This document shows, piece after piece, positions 13,322 through 26,859 of a stretch of DNA of 64,000 nucleotides (its first letter is position 1; every line of letters starts with the position of its first letter). Below the pieces are notes generated by a model that did no database searches, was not told where the DNA came from, and saw only the letters and a list, made by a program, of their open reading frames with translations. Origin of the DNA: Octopus sinensis (Eukaryota); the NCBI RefSeq assembly GCF_006345805.1, contig NC_042997.1, positions 148,862,001 through 148,926,000 of the forward strand, given 5' to 3'. Position numbers and translations under genes: made by a program.

Positions 13322-14034
13322 TAATAATAATAATAATAATAATAGTAATTCCTCCCTATTCTCTGTGTGTTTTCATTTTGTTGAGATGGGTACAGGTTGT
13401 GGCTGTTTTGGTTGTAGCCTTTTCATTGTCGATTTGCCTCTGCTTGGTGTGTGTGTACGTGTGTGTGTGTATGATTGCAGTTGCACCTTAAAAATAATAC
13501 ACCAGATCTCAACGAACAACACAAAAGTGACTTTCGTGTGTCCGGTTCATTTTATTTACTTGTTTGTCCATCTTCCTGGCAATATTTCCAAGACTGTTGC
13601 TTCACTTGTTTATGTTGAATGTACCTCCCCTTTCAAGTTCATTCGTACATCATTGTGCTCTACTTGCTGTATATCTTTGGGCTGCACGTATCATCAGAAG
13701 TAGTAGGAGTAGGTTTCCTCTCTCGTGTTTTATGTCGAGTACAAAATCACTGAAGTGATATTTCGCAAAACACGAATAGCATTTTGGCTGTCCGTACGCA
13801 AACACACAACACAGTTCTGAATCATTGAGAAGGAAGATAACTCCTGGAAACTTTCATTTAGTTTGATCAAGAAAACAATCTTTCATAGTGGTTCCAGACA
13901 TAAATGTCTACTCCCTTCGTTTTCCGGTGAAATTCAGCGCTGGAAAATCCCGGTACCATTCTTTTTATCTACCACTTATTTCCTTATGCATTTCGGTAGG
14001 TGTTATTGTTCTGTAATTCCAAGTCAGATAATAT
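12140..14034. repeat. Long inverted repeat: arms 12140-13114 and 13350-14034, spacer 235 bp
   Basis: Arms align end to end, e.g. CAACATAAACAAGTGAAGCAACAGTCTTGGAAATATTGCCAGG (~12807) versus its exact reverse complement at ~13576-13618. The ORF track also shows paralogous antisense peptides (12081- and 13863+). Confidence 0.95.
12382..12614 (-). mobile_element. Family A SINE inserted in the left IR arm, ~17-bp TSD
   Basis: Complete head-to-tail copy, flanked by TTTTGTGTTTGCGTACT (12365-12381) and TTTTGTAGTTGCGTACT (12615-12631); absent from the right arm. Confidence 0.9.
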
Positions 14035-14099
14035 TATTATTAATATTATTCCTTCGCAGTTTATCATCTGACATTAGCTTATCATCTGACATTGGACAC

Positions 14100-14325
14100 A
14101 TGTCATTTTCCATTCAAAGTTTCAAGGTATGTCGGCCTAACCCGCGATTTATTTCCAGTTTTGCTTTTGCATGACATTCAGCTAAGTTTATCGTACTCTT
14201 CTTTCGTCCACTTATGTGGCCTGTTGTGACATAACGACCGCCCGAGGCCATATCACTGCCCCTGATGCGGGTGGATACGAACGTGCCGGGTGGGAAATCT
14301 TCACCATGACCGGCTATAGCTTCAT
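14100..14325 (-). mobile_element. N-terminal fragment of a second R4/Dong-like element
   Basis: With one frameshift it reads RPHKWTKEEY-INLAECHAKAK, paralleling RRRWSKQINAVVMECYYLS of the adjacent element. Confidence 0.55.
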
Positions 14326-16195
14326 GCAATCTTTTCTTTAACCCATTTATTTTCAATTTCTTGTATAGTGGTTTATCTTTGCAATATTTCATCTTACACA
14401 AGCCCAAACTTCTTACTTCTAATAATAGCGGTTCTGTGGCATTTTTACAGACCATGCTATGTTGTTTTGTTCTGCTCCAATGCTGTGTTCACATCCAATA
14501 AATCTTCTTCCTCCTCTTTTTCTTGGTAATACAGTCTGTCTGTGTCGCTCATGTGGCAGAACTCTGTATTTTTACCAAATGTTCGTACATTGACTCTGCA
14601 AATAGTCCAGTCAATAAATTTCACATAAGTGGCCAACAGGATATCGGCCTGTAATTGTCTACAGTATTGCCTTTTTCTATGTTTTTCAGGCACAGCATTC
14701 TGGTATTACTTGGTCGGCATCAAACAGGGCGTTGAATTGCGTCGCTCTTCGTGCATGACGTTCGCCAAATCTTTTGATCCAGTAGCCTTGAACACCATCT
14801 GGTACCGGGGCCTTCCAGTTGCTTATTTATTATTATCTTTTTTGCTGATTTCCTTCACTTCCCTAACTGAAATGACCAGTTCTGCTTTTTTGGACGGAGT
14901 ACTGTTTGTTTCAGTTCTTTCAACCATTCAACATCCTTCTTGTGCTCCTCTTTGCTCCAGATATCACTCCAAAACCTTTGAATTACGATGTTATATGGTA
15001 TCAACTTTTCATCTGTACACTCTCCAGTTATTTCTTTATAGAATCTCCTCTCATCTAATGTGAATAACCTATTCTGATAGTAACTCTTCATTCTTTGGTC
15101 GTATCATACCATATTTGCTTTTTTTGCAACGAGGCGCTGTTTCAGTTCCTCTACTACTACTTTCAGGCCCTTTCTTTCAATATCATACTTCCTTTTTAGC
15201 GCCTTGTATTTTTGTTCACGTTTAAGCTCTGCTTTCTCTTTTCGGTCTAACACAGAGATTTCCTTCGAGAGCATGTCCAACCCTGCCTGGATTTTTCTTT
15301 TCCACCATGGATCTTTTCTGTTACCACTCCTATTATGTTTCTTTATCTTGACATCAACACTAACATTTTCTGCTACAACAATATTTGCTTCCTTGATCAA
15401 ATAATTTGTTTCTGTGATGCTGTTTGTTCTGATGTATTTCAGAATTTCATTGACATTTTTCGTTTCTTGGTTCAATTTCCATCGATCAACATTTTTAATG
15501 TTGCAAATAACATGGCTATCGTTGTCCTGTGGTCTTAATTTTATTCTGTCGTAGATTGCCTTTTGTTCATCTGTTATGTCAGCATTAGTTTTATTATCTT
15601 CTTTTAGATCATCTACATGCCTCTTATCAAGTAAACAGACACTGCTCCTTTCCTGTGCTATGTGATTAATTACACTTATCAATAAGAACTCTATTTTCAT
15701 GGTTATCTCTGCTGCTATTTTCCATCACCCATCTTTTGATAGTTTCGACCTCTATTTCTGCGAAACAATATTCTTTTCTTATTGCTCTAGCTTGATCACA
15801 TAGTCTTTGAGACAATCACTTTTCTCTCAAAGGATCACACATTCGTTGTTGGTAACCCCTAATTTGAGCATCATTTTCATCTCCCGGGCTGCTCAGGTAG
15901 TAACACTCCATGACCACAGCATTTATTTGCTTGCTCCATCTACGCCGTGTGTGGTGGTCCCTTTCTGGATATCGACAGGCTGGAGCAGGACCAGAATCTC
16001 TGAGCGTACCGGGTGTACCACTATCAATATCATTCGCTTCAGTTTCATAATCACCGTTATTCTCAATATTTTGTTTCCTCATTGTCACTTGGGGTAGCGA
16101 TTATCAGGTTGCGCAGTTACCAGTGTTTTTATTGTGACACAATCACTATATGTGTCATTATTAATCAGCCCATGAGGCTCCACCCGTTTACTTTC
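14326..16195 (-). mobile_element. R4/Dong-clade non-LTR retrotransposon, 5' part with internal RT deletion, pseudogenised
   Basis: ORF pieces RRRWSKQINAVVMECYYLS, DPWWKRKI...VEELKQRLVAK, YYQNRLF..ERRFY...FWSDIW, PDGVQGYWIK and DTDRLY; many frameshifts; abuts (TAA)n. Confidence 0.85.
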
Positions 16196-16216
16196 ATTAT
16201 TATTATTATTATTATT

Positions 16217-16763
16217 GAGTGAGCGAGCAGAGCATGCCATCAAAGTGACACTGGGGTAAAATATACGAAGCCCAGTATACCCATCATAACTACCCGTCTG
16301 ATAAGGGTACACCAGGCACATGCATCACAACCATATGTGCGCGACATGGTGATCTCATATCAAGATAAACAGCACATGACCTTGCAGGTGGAGCCCAGTT
16401 AGAATTTTCTTCAGATCGAGTAACCCATCCCGCTCAAAAGGTCCCTGAATAAGGGTTGTTTAAGGACATTGAACGAAACACCCATGTTTCCAGAGGTGAA
16501 TTATTCAAAACCCAAAGAATCCTTCTCAACACATGGCTATGATGCTGCCCTACTACTTCTGCTCGTGATCAGAGATGCACATATCGTCAGCCACTAAGGG
16601 ACATGCTCAACTGGTTAAGGTCAAACAACTGACAAGCAAATATGGTATTGAGCAGAATATTTGCTGTAGCCCATCTTTTATACCAAGACAAAACAATGTA
16701 CATGATAACACTTCCAATCAGTTAAGATCAGAAGCCATGAGAGCCACTGCCTGGTACTGCATC
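16217..16763 (-). mobile_element. ~550-bp non-coding interspersed element embedded in (TAA)n
   Basis: Sharp boundaries with (TTA)n on both sides, higher GC than the flanks, no coding potential. Strand assumed from the neighbouring Dong elements. Confidence 0.55.
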
Positions 16764-16790
16764 ATTATTATTATTATTATTATTATTATT

Positions 16791-17001
16791 CAGTAGTTTT
16801 ATTTTTATAGCGTGCTTTCACTTCACTACCGAGCGCAGCTCTGTGTGCCTTGGGTATGTGCTGTGATTTGTTGTGATGCTCTGATGGTTATTGTATGGAA
16901 AGTGTTCTGCGTAGGATGTGTGCAGTGCCTAGTAGTGCAATTTTCTGTATGTTATATGTGTTTGTAAGTCCTGGTGTTTTTGTTATGTATTTGTCTGAAT
17001 A

Positions 17002-17007
<6 letters not shown>
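16791..17007 (-). mobile_element. R4/Dong-like extreme 3' fragment
   Basis: Minus strand reads KYITKTPGLTNTYNIQKIALLGTAHILRRTLSIQ*, then a 3' UTR and a (TAA)n tail. Confidence 0.85.
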
Positions 17008-17093
<86 letters not shown>

Positions 17094-17139
17094 CATTATT
17101 ATTATTATCATTATCATTATTATTATTATCATTATATTA

Positions 17140-17197
<58 letters not shown>

Positions 17198-17222
17198 CAT
17201 CATCATCATTATCATCATCATC
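17005..17222. repeat. (TAT)n/(CAT)n microsatellite
   Basis: Visible directly. Confidence 0.95.
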
Positions 17223-17674
17223 ACTGATATCACTGATATTATTGTTTTTATGTGTAGTGGCCGCAGTAGTTGCAGCAACAGTAGTAGGGTGGGAGTGGTA
17301 AGGGTGGAAGTTGGGTCCCAGATTCCTGTGCTATCATGATAGTAGTTGTTGTAGTATTATTATTGTAGTATTAGTAATATTTAGCATTAGCAGCTGTAGC
17401 ATATTATTATTTTTTTCCATTATCACCATCACCACCACTACGATTGTTTGAGTAGCTAGTTGGATAGAAGTATGGTAAATAGATCATAACCTACAGGTCT
17501 ATAAATAGATTTGGCAGATGGTGGGGATGTCAGCTATAGAAACAAAGGAATTTTCGAACCCTTTCAGTCAGCAGGGGTCAAATGTGTTTACTACTGCCAG
17601 TGGCCGCTGACCACTGAGAACGCTGCCTTGAAAAGAAACAATTTGACCTGGTCTATTTGTAATTACTGACAGAA

Positions 17675-17711
<37 letters not shown>

Positions 17712-17721
17712 AATAATAATG

Positions 17722-17821
<100 letters not shown>

Positions 17822-19252
17822 GTCATTTACTTTTAATCTGCATGTTTGATGCAATCACCTGCCGGGGCACACCCAGCGCCCTAGGGCAAGTGAAGGTTAA
17901 GAGTTGTTGAAATATAGCTGAAAGCTTGGGGAGGGGAAGTAGAGATATATCTCCATGTAATGCAAACACAGACATTTACATTGATAGGGTTTTTCTAAGG
18001 ATGTGGGCAGTACTTGTTAGCACAATCTTTTGGATTTCCTTGAGACATGGTTTTCCAGGGATATTGTCTAGGTGTTTCTGACATCCCTTTTTTTATCATA
18101 CCTAGGGCACCTACAATAACAGGAACAGTTTTTGTTTTAAGATTCCACATCCTCTGTATTTCGATTTCCAGGTGCTTATATTTACTAAGTTTGTCAAATT
18201 CCTTGACAGATACATTTTTATCAGTGGGGACGCTTACTTCTATTAGTCTGCAGGTATTTTCTTCCCTGTCTTTAACAATTATGTCTGGTCGATTAGCCTT
18301 GATCGTTCTGTCAGTGTTGACTGGAAAATCCCAGAGGATAGTGACATCTTTACCTTCAACAACTGGTTGAGGATGGTGTTCATACCAGTTAGCAGGAGTG
18401 TCGGATTTGTAGTGTTTACATATCTTCCAATGTATATACTGTCCTACCCTATCGTGGCGATTTTTGTATTCGTTTGGTGTCAGCACAGGACATCCCGAAA
18501 CGAGATGGTCTATCGTTTCGTCAAATGTGTCGCAGAATCTGCATTTAGGGTCAGTACCGTTTCGGAGAACGTTAGCCTGGTAATTTCTGGTAAACAAGCT
18601 TTGATCTTGTGCTGCCATTATGAAACCTTCAGTCTCTGCTTTCAATCCAGAGCTCTTCAGCCACTGATGGGTTGTTGCTTGGTCTACATCAGCATTTTGG
18701 CTTCGGAGAATATATTGTCCATGCAGGGGCTTCTGGCTCCACCGCCTCTCAATTTGATTCTGCCCGTTCTTTTTTGCAGTCTGCTTGATTCGCTTTGCTT
18801 GCTTGGTAGCAGTGGTTTCCGGCTCTTCATCTGATTCAAGGTTAATGTCTAGTTCCCTTTCGAACTTATAAGCTTCCTTGACAATAGAATGCAGCTTTTT
18901 GTTGCTTTCGTGTTCGCACACAAGTCGCAGCATCCAGTCCTTTGTACTAGATAGGTACCTGTTCATTCCTACAGTAGAGGTCTTATAGCACAGCTCTAAT
19001 TGCATCATTCCTTTCCCCCCGCTGCTTCTAGGTAGGTACAAGCGGTCTACATCTGCCCTAGGGTGGTGCATGCTCTTGGATGTCAGTAACTTTCTTGTCT
19101 TCCTGTCTAAGCGTTGGAGTTCCGTAAGGTTCCAGTTAAGGATATTAAAACTGTACTGGACTACTGGAAGTGCCAGGGTGTTAATGGCCTCAATGCAATT
19201 TTTGGAGTTGAGTTCAGTCTTCAGTACAAGCCTTATTCTCCTATAGTATTCC
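17822..19252 (-). mobile_element. 5'-truncated, near-intact R4/Dong-clade retrotransposon (RT C-terminus, CCHC knuckle, restriction-like endonuclease)
   Basis: Frame open from ~19251 (EYYRRIRLVLKTELN...AINTLALPVVQYSF) through HPRADVDRLY, CRFCDTFDETIDHLVSGC, YKNRHD and RPDIIV...LIEVSVP...KLSKY. GC-rich 3' UTR hairpin region at ~17860-17886; (TAA)n on both sides. Confidence 0.95.
17976..19251 (-). pseudogene. Partial RT/RLE ORF of the Dong-like element, one frameshift near 18090
   Basis: Correcting one base in the homopolymer run restores KKGCQKHLDNIPGKPCLKEIQKIVLTSTAHILRKTLSM* (stop 17976-17978). Confidence 0.85.
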
Positions 19253-19273
19253 TTATTATTATTATTATTATTA

Positions 19274-19347
<74 letters not shown>

Positions 19348-19366
19348 TATTATTATTATTGTTATT

Positions 19367-20035
19367 GATTTACATCTCTGAATGTTTGGTCATGTTTATT
19401 CTCGTAGATTCTGTGAGAGGGGGCAGCACCCTGCTCTCAGAGGTCTCTTTCAGCACATTATAAGCTTTGATACTTGGTCGTCAGTTATCTCAGGAGACAA
19501 CCAACATGAAAGTACCAATGTCAAAATCCTAGATGTCCCCAGCAGAGCAGATTTGGAGGCTTGCTCTGTTTTCATGTCAATTCCGATTTCTTTGACATAT
19601 TTCTCGAACTTGGTTGTTAGTGCTCCGAGTGCCCCTATAACTACTGGAATGGCACTCACTCTTCTCATAGTCCACATTATTGCAATTTCGTCTTTTAGTA
19701 GACTGTACTTTTCCAAATTTTCTAGTTTTTTGTGCATCTTTAGGTATTGGTTTCATATTTTCCTTTATCTACCTCAACAATATCTGGTTTTTCGAACCTC
19801 GATTAGGGAGTCGCATTGGAATATAAGATCCCACACATCTTATGCTCCTTGTTCTCAGTGACTTTCTGCTTCATGTTCGTACCATTTTCGTGTTTTGTTC
19901 AGGTCGTACTTTTTACATAGCCTCCAATGCAAAACTTAGCCTGCTTTTTGGCCAGCTTGCTGTACTCTCTCACAATATGTCAGATTGTTTTGTTTCTGCT
20001 GTCACACAACCTACACAGGGGTGAATTTGAAATGA
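19367..20035 (-). mobile_element. Older R4/Dong-like 3' fragment (CCHC + RLE), decayed
   Basis: LCRLCDS...HIV, LHWRLCKKY...WYEH, RKPDIV, KLEKYSLLKDEIAIMW...IPVVIGALG...SALLGTSRIL; flanked by (TAT)n/(CAT)n. Confidence 0.85.
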
Positions 20036-21520
20036 TCATCATCATCATCATTGCTGTAGTTATAAAATAAGATAAAGGGAATAATTTATTTTCCCAGCTG
20101 CATTTGAAGGAGTATATCCTAGTACATTAAATTTATTGTACTGCAAAATCAATAGTAATTCTCCATACTTATGAAGCGTTCGTTTGTTCCTATGAAATTA
20201 TCCCGGATAAAAGACATAAGTGGTTTTGTAATTTGCTTGGTGTTACGTACAATTATTATGTTAAGCTACGTTCCCACGTTCATAACCATTATCATAACTT
20301 TAATTCGCATGATTTGTATCTTATCTTTCATTCATATTAAGGAAAATGTGTACTTCTGCTATCACGTGTCACGGTACACATCAAACGACTCGAGTTTAGT
20401 AACTAACTTCTAGATAGGCAATGTATAATCTACTCCGTAGATTTTCAATGAGAATTCTCTGTGAATGGTGGAGTTTAAGTATCTCATGTTCCCAGGAGTT
20501 CTCCAATCATACTGCATCATATTACTAAATGAATCATCATACATAGGCTGAGAAATATTTTTTTTTCCTTTATATGTATAATGTTGTATGGACAATTCAT
20601 TTTACTATTCCGTTATTCTACGCCGGTAACAAATAGTTAAATTCCAATACCGTTATATTATGATACGATTAGTTAAATGCTCGCTGGGAGATCTTCAAAG
20701 TTACTATTACGTATTTTATGTTCCGCATAATAGCATATTCTCAATATGGCCAAGTTGTGCATATTAATCGAATTGGAAATGTGATAAAAGAAAAAAATAA
20801 ATAAACGTTTGATATTAGTCAAAGAATATTATGTGATTTATCCATTCATATTTCCCCTTGCAGATAGATGATTGTAAAGATGAAAATAGTTTTCCCCATT
20901 TGAAAGGGGGATCTTAACAAATATATTAGAATAGAATGAAAACAACTGGAAATGATCGATTGATATTGACTATGCCTTCTTCGAAACGGTCTTTGACTCT
21001 TGGGCATAAGGATATATTGCAATGTGTAATAAAAAATATGTCTCCGCTTAACACTGCTAGCTCTGACAATTGGATTCAATTCATTTTTTTTAAGGATCGA
21101 AGCCACTTTCATATAGCAACATCATTATTTCTTCTATTGAGCACTTATTGGGAATATTATATTCAGCATATCTCTACAAAAGAAATGAAGGTTTGGAATG
21201 TATGGATTCCTTCTAGTTAGAAAGAGGTGAAAGGCTTTCTTGTGATCTAAAATTATGAGGATTTACACTAGATTCAACAAAACTGAAGTGATATTGCATG
21301 CCCACGAAGTACAAATATCAATATATATCTAAAATAACGCATTGAACAGAAGTAGAAGCATTTAACTAAATGCAAATAATGCTTGGTAACTTGCTGTCAT
21401 ATGACACTTTTGGTATATATCTTATAGACAGGTTCGGATCTTATGGTTCAGGTAGGAAGAATTGTTTCCTTGGAAACGAATGGTTGATGGTGACGTGCCA
21501 TCATTAATAGGGGTTCCAGT

Positions 21521-21830
21521 AAGGCGTCATGCTGGCAGAATAATTACATCGCCGAACAAAATGCTTGGCGGCATTTCATCCGATTTTATGTTCTGAGTTC
21601 AAGTTCAGCAGAGCTCGACTTTGCATTTCATCCTTTCGAGGTCTAGTTGAACACCGATTGAACATCATTCCCTGAAATGTTAGCTTTGTGTCGACATTTG
21701 AAACCATACAGCCGCCGATAAAATGTAGAAATGTTAGTTTTCCGGTTCTAATACCACTAAAGTCAATTCTGCATTTTATCCTTCCGAGCACAAATAAATA
21801 ATACACCGTTGAAGTACTGGGTTGATTTAA
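21521..21830 (+). mobile_element. Family A SINE with a second partial core, degenerate
   Basis: AAGGCGTCATGCTGGCAGAA...TTCTGAGTTCAAG...CTCGACTTTGCATTTCATCCTTTCG. Confidence 0.7.
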
Positions 21831-23016
21831 ATGGTTGCAACTTACCATAAATCATATTGAATGACTCGTAAGTATGTTATAAGTAATTTAAGAGAAGAAT
21901 GGCTAACCAATTATGTAATTAACTGGACATACGAGAATATGTAGCGAAGATTATAGAGTAATATACCACACAGCTGTTCTTAAATATATAACATCAACAA
22001 GTAAAGGACAATATATCATCTTGTGATATTACTATATCCGAAAACGTTCTCATGATATGCTCAACAGAATATATTTCTAGTGTTCGTTGCTATTAGGTTT
22101 TCCTCTCTAAAGAAAAAGTTCCATTTGCATTACAGTCAAAGACTTTTGGAATAACAGCGACTAAACGATGAAGAACAAATTCTATTGGGTAATGTAACAA
22201 GAGGCATAAGAACATATGATATCTGACGACTGGGATATATGATCGTATGTATACTCGTTCTTAGAAAAGACGACACAGTATCGATATAGTGAAAACTATT
22301 AGCGTAGAATGGCGTTTTCGTATACAGAAATAGAGGGATATAGAGACAAACATATATACATGCATACACACACAAACATATATATAAATACATATACACA
22401 TATATAAATGTGTGTGTACGCCGACATAGTCATATATTTACACACACAGACACACACATATGTATGTGAGTGTGTGTTTGTGAGTGCATGCGGTGTCTAC
22501 TGGCTTGTGTATACCCCTGTGTGAGTGTATACATCTCATATATACATCTGATATATATGTATATATATAAATATATATATACACACATATATATATATAT
22601 ACACACACATATACTTACATATATACATACATACACTTGTGGTGCACGATCGACTGATAGATATTGCAGTGACTCATCTTACATTGAAGGTTAAATAAAA
22701 AAAATGTGTGCCTGAATAGGCACATGTGTCGCGATTAGTGATTATCCATTCATCGCTGGCGAACAGATGAGTCGCTGCTATCTCTAGCGGTCGAGCACAC
22801 ACCACCGATGATACCAAGGAAACTCGAAATCACTTGATCTGGTTGTATTGGTGCTGGAGATGTTGGGGAATTAACTCCCCGATAACTATAAAAAGTATTT
22901 TAGACCAAAACCCCATAATGAAAGTTTCATTCTCTCATGGTGTCTACTGCAATGAATTTTATTCTAACAGAATATCTATCTTTAATTGAGAAATTATATA
23001 TATATATATTATATAT

Positions 23017-23068
<52 letters not shown>

Positions 23069-23409
23069 TATATTTGATAGTTTCGAACAGCGATATAAAA
23101 AACATGCAAATTCAGGTTTGAATAACAATAACTAAATTAATTAAATTACATATGACGGTACACACCAGTGCAAGAAGTTTAAACAAAATGTTTACAAAGG
23201 ACATCATAAAGCAAATAGCAGAGTACGATTTTAGAGCTTCATATCTATCCTTATGAGACAGAGTGAAAAGTTGCGAGTCCAGTTAGGTATTAACTAAAAC
23301 TCTGCTATTTCCTTTATCAAGTCCTTTGTAAAAATATTGTTTCTACTTCTTGCACCGATGACTCTGGGAACGTACTAATGCTCTTTTCGCCGCTATGTTA
23401 TTTGAATTG

Positions 23410-23560
23410 CTACTATAGGACATGAAGTAAATGACGTTGCAAGAAGTGCAGGTTAAGGAGTCGGTGATATGATAGGGGTTGTCACTGCAGAGCCTGAGAA
23501 AGCGGAAGAATTGAGAGTAGGTGATGGAGAAATTTGGTATGGGAAGGGTTGGACGAGTAC
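23410..23560 (-). mobile_element. Penelope-like GIY-YIG endonuclease relic
   Basis: Minus strand reads YHITDSLTCTSCNVIYFMSY, resembling the FTCxSxNVIYxIxC start of PLE GIY-YIG domains. Confidence 0.55.
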
Positions 23561-25384
23561 ATATACATAGAATGAGATAGAAGAAAAAGAAACTTCTATT
23601 TTGTCCCCCTGCATATATTCTGTTTACAACATTTTACAAGTAATATTTTGCTACATTCGGTGATATTTTAGAGAACGATATGTAGAGTGCTATAAAAACA
23701 TCCACAAAAAGAAGTAACTACTTGCGACACAAATTTCATAATGACATGGTTCATTCCAGGTTCCTGAATACTAAGCTGGTTATGCTTGTGCCAAAAATAC
23801 TAAGCAAACGTCCAGACAGCTCTCTTGATAGTCATTTGCGGCTATAACCTAAATAAAACTATTATGTTGTAATGTATTAATTAGTTGGCTTTTGAAGCTC
23901 AAATATTTTGATGATCAATTAGATTATCGTTGTTAAAATTTGCTTGTTATTACAGTAGAAGATTTCTTATTGTTTTCTCTTTTTTGTTTCATCTTTCATT
24001 ACAGCAAAATATGATTTCAGAGGGACGAGACAGTAATTAGTAAAATATACGTAATTAAATACTAATTACGTCTGAACCAGAAATGCTGATAGTTTAAAAT
24101 TATGTGCTGTCTAAAAAGTATAATAAAGCAGAGAGGTAGGTGGTGGTCTATGAAATGTAATTAAGTACACCTAAATCATATAATATACCTTGTTTCTCCT
24201 AGTTTAGCAAGAGATTATCGTCGGACATATGGGCAAAGTAGCCTCACCGTGATATTCCTGTTTTGATATTTTTAGAGGCTGCAACGTGTGTTCCTATTTA
24301 CAGTGACAGATATTAATGAAATTTCTAATAAGCCAGTTGGCGGCGTGGGAAAGCTTCCTCTAGATTTCTCTGCAATATTTAAATGGTTTGTCAACGGTTA
24401 TAGAAGAATGTAAAATATGTTCAATGGTATGGTGAAGCAATACAGGGATTTCACATCTCTTACTATCTTCCAGAAATGTAATGGGTTTTCTCATTCTCAA
24501 ACATTCAAGTAGCTAGTGTAAATTACTCATAAAATTTTACCGTTATATTTTATACGTACCAAACTTGTTTGCAAATGAAGCAACATCTATTCATTTCTTA
24601 TCTCAGTTATCGCTCCTGGCTATAAATTTGCATAATTTATACAGCAGCTCAACACAAATGAACATTAGACTTTTGTTTTCGTAACGGCATTAGCTGTTAA
24701 TTTCCAAGGATCCTTTATTACAACGTACGTCTGTTGTATTTCCACTTATGTAGGTAATAATATAATTTGAGGACATACAATTAAACGCAGCATTTCAGGA
24801 AATAAATCTGCCAACCGTTTAATGCATCAGCTATTAAAATCTGACGTTTTCCGTCAACAATTAAAACATGTATTTCGCCAGTATGCGCAATTAAAATGCT
24901 CATCATATATTAATTGGACCTAACATCTAAGAAAAGACGCTCACCCAAATGTAATTTAAATGTCGGTGTTATATGTCAAATAAAATTAATTTGTCCTTAA
25001 TCTCAAAATGCTCTTTATTTTCATTTCTCTCAATAAATATATTATTCAACGATAGAAAAAGATATATTCAATTCTTTTTTGTGTTTCTTTCTCTTTAAGA
25101 ATTTTGTATTTGAACAGGATTGACTCTATTTCTTAGTGTATTTTCGACTTTTATTTTACTCCATAATTGGATTTTTATTACAAATTTCCGATACTTTGTA
25201 GCCGGAAAAAGAGCCGAGGAACCCTTCTGGGTTACGGGAGAATGGTTAATCTGTAACAGACAGCTGGTATTTAATTGATTCAATTCAAATATATTCAATA
25301 CAATGTGTTAGTGGCATAGTATTTTGCACTTTCATCAAATGTATATATTATCAAATACATGCAATGCAGCATGATACGATGACT

Positions 25385-25605
25385 CTTTAGTATGAATATT
25401 AAGACAATTCCGCCGACATCAACTTTGCCTTTCATTCCTTTGGAGTCCATAAATTAAATACCAGTTGCGTACTGCGGTCGATCAAATCGACTGTTCCTTT
25501 TAACCCTTCAGTTAAACTTCATATATCTTCTACGTAAATACGCGTCAATATTTCACGAAATTCCCTCCCAAACATTTCGGGCCTTGTACCTTGAGTAGAA
25601 AAGAA
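25385..25605 (+). mobile_element. Family A SINE 3' part
   Basis: AATTCCGCCGAC..AACTTTGCCTTTCATTCC...AAATTAAATACCAGTTGCGTACTGCGGTCGATC and the tail TTTCGGGCCTTGTACC. Confidence 0.7.
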
Positions 25606-26043
25606 TATCAATATTAAAATAACATCAGATCATAATATGAATGAAAGTTGAGGAGTTACAGTAGGAAACTGCCGAAAGCAGTACCTGTGGTGTCTACCAC
25701 AGTTTAAGCTCTCTGTCTCTATCGAAGCAGTAAATAATGATATAAGTTATTACTACGTATACTATGCCTAGTTGAAAGATCCATCAGAGATATGATGAAA
25801 AAGCCCCATTAACGTGTCTATTAGTTTACTACATTTAGTTAAATGTGGGGCGAAATTGCAAGGTAGCACTGAGTTATTAATGGAAATTGACAGACATTTG
25901 ATTTAATATTGTTTGAATGTAAACAGTGAATATTTCGTTAGTGTGCTTCTGAACATAAATTAAATACTAATCAGAAGTAGAACCGTATGCATTCAATGTG
26001 GAAGGGACCTCTTCATGTGAATAAGAGAACAACCAAACAAACT

Positions 26044-26845
<802 letters not shown>

Positions 26846-26859
26846 AGAAATATATATAT

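Noticed and set aside
16090-16195. HDV-like ribozyme at the Dong 5' end
   Set aside because: Some pairing (GGGTGG/CTACCC, GACACA/TGTGTC), but no recognisable P3/L3/P1.1 nested pseudoknot.
18047-18834. Plus-strand ORFs of 107 and 155 aa
   Set aside because: Antisense shadows of the Dong ORF.
20410-20547. Reflectin-like M/Y/D-rich peptide
   Set aside because: Lacks the repeated M/FD(X5)MD(X5)MD reflectin motif.
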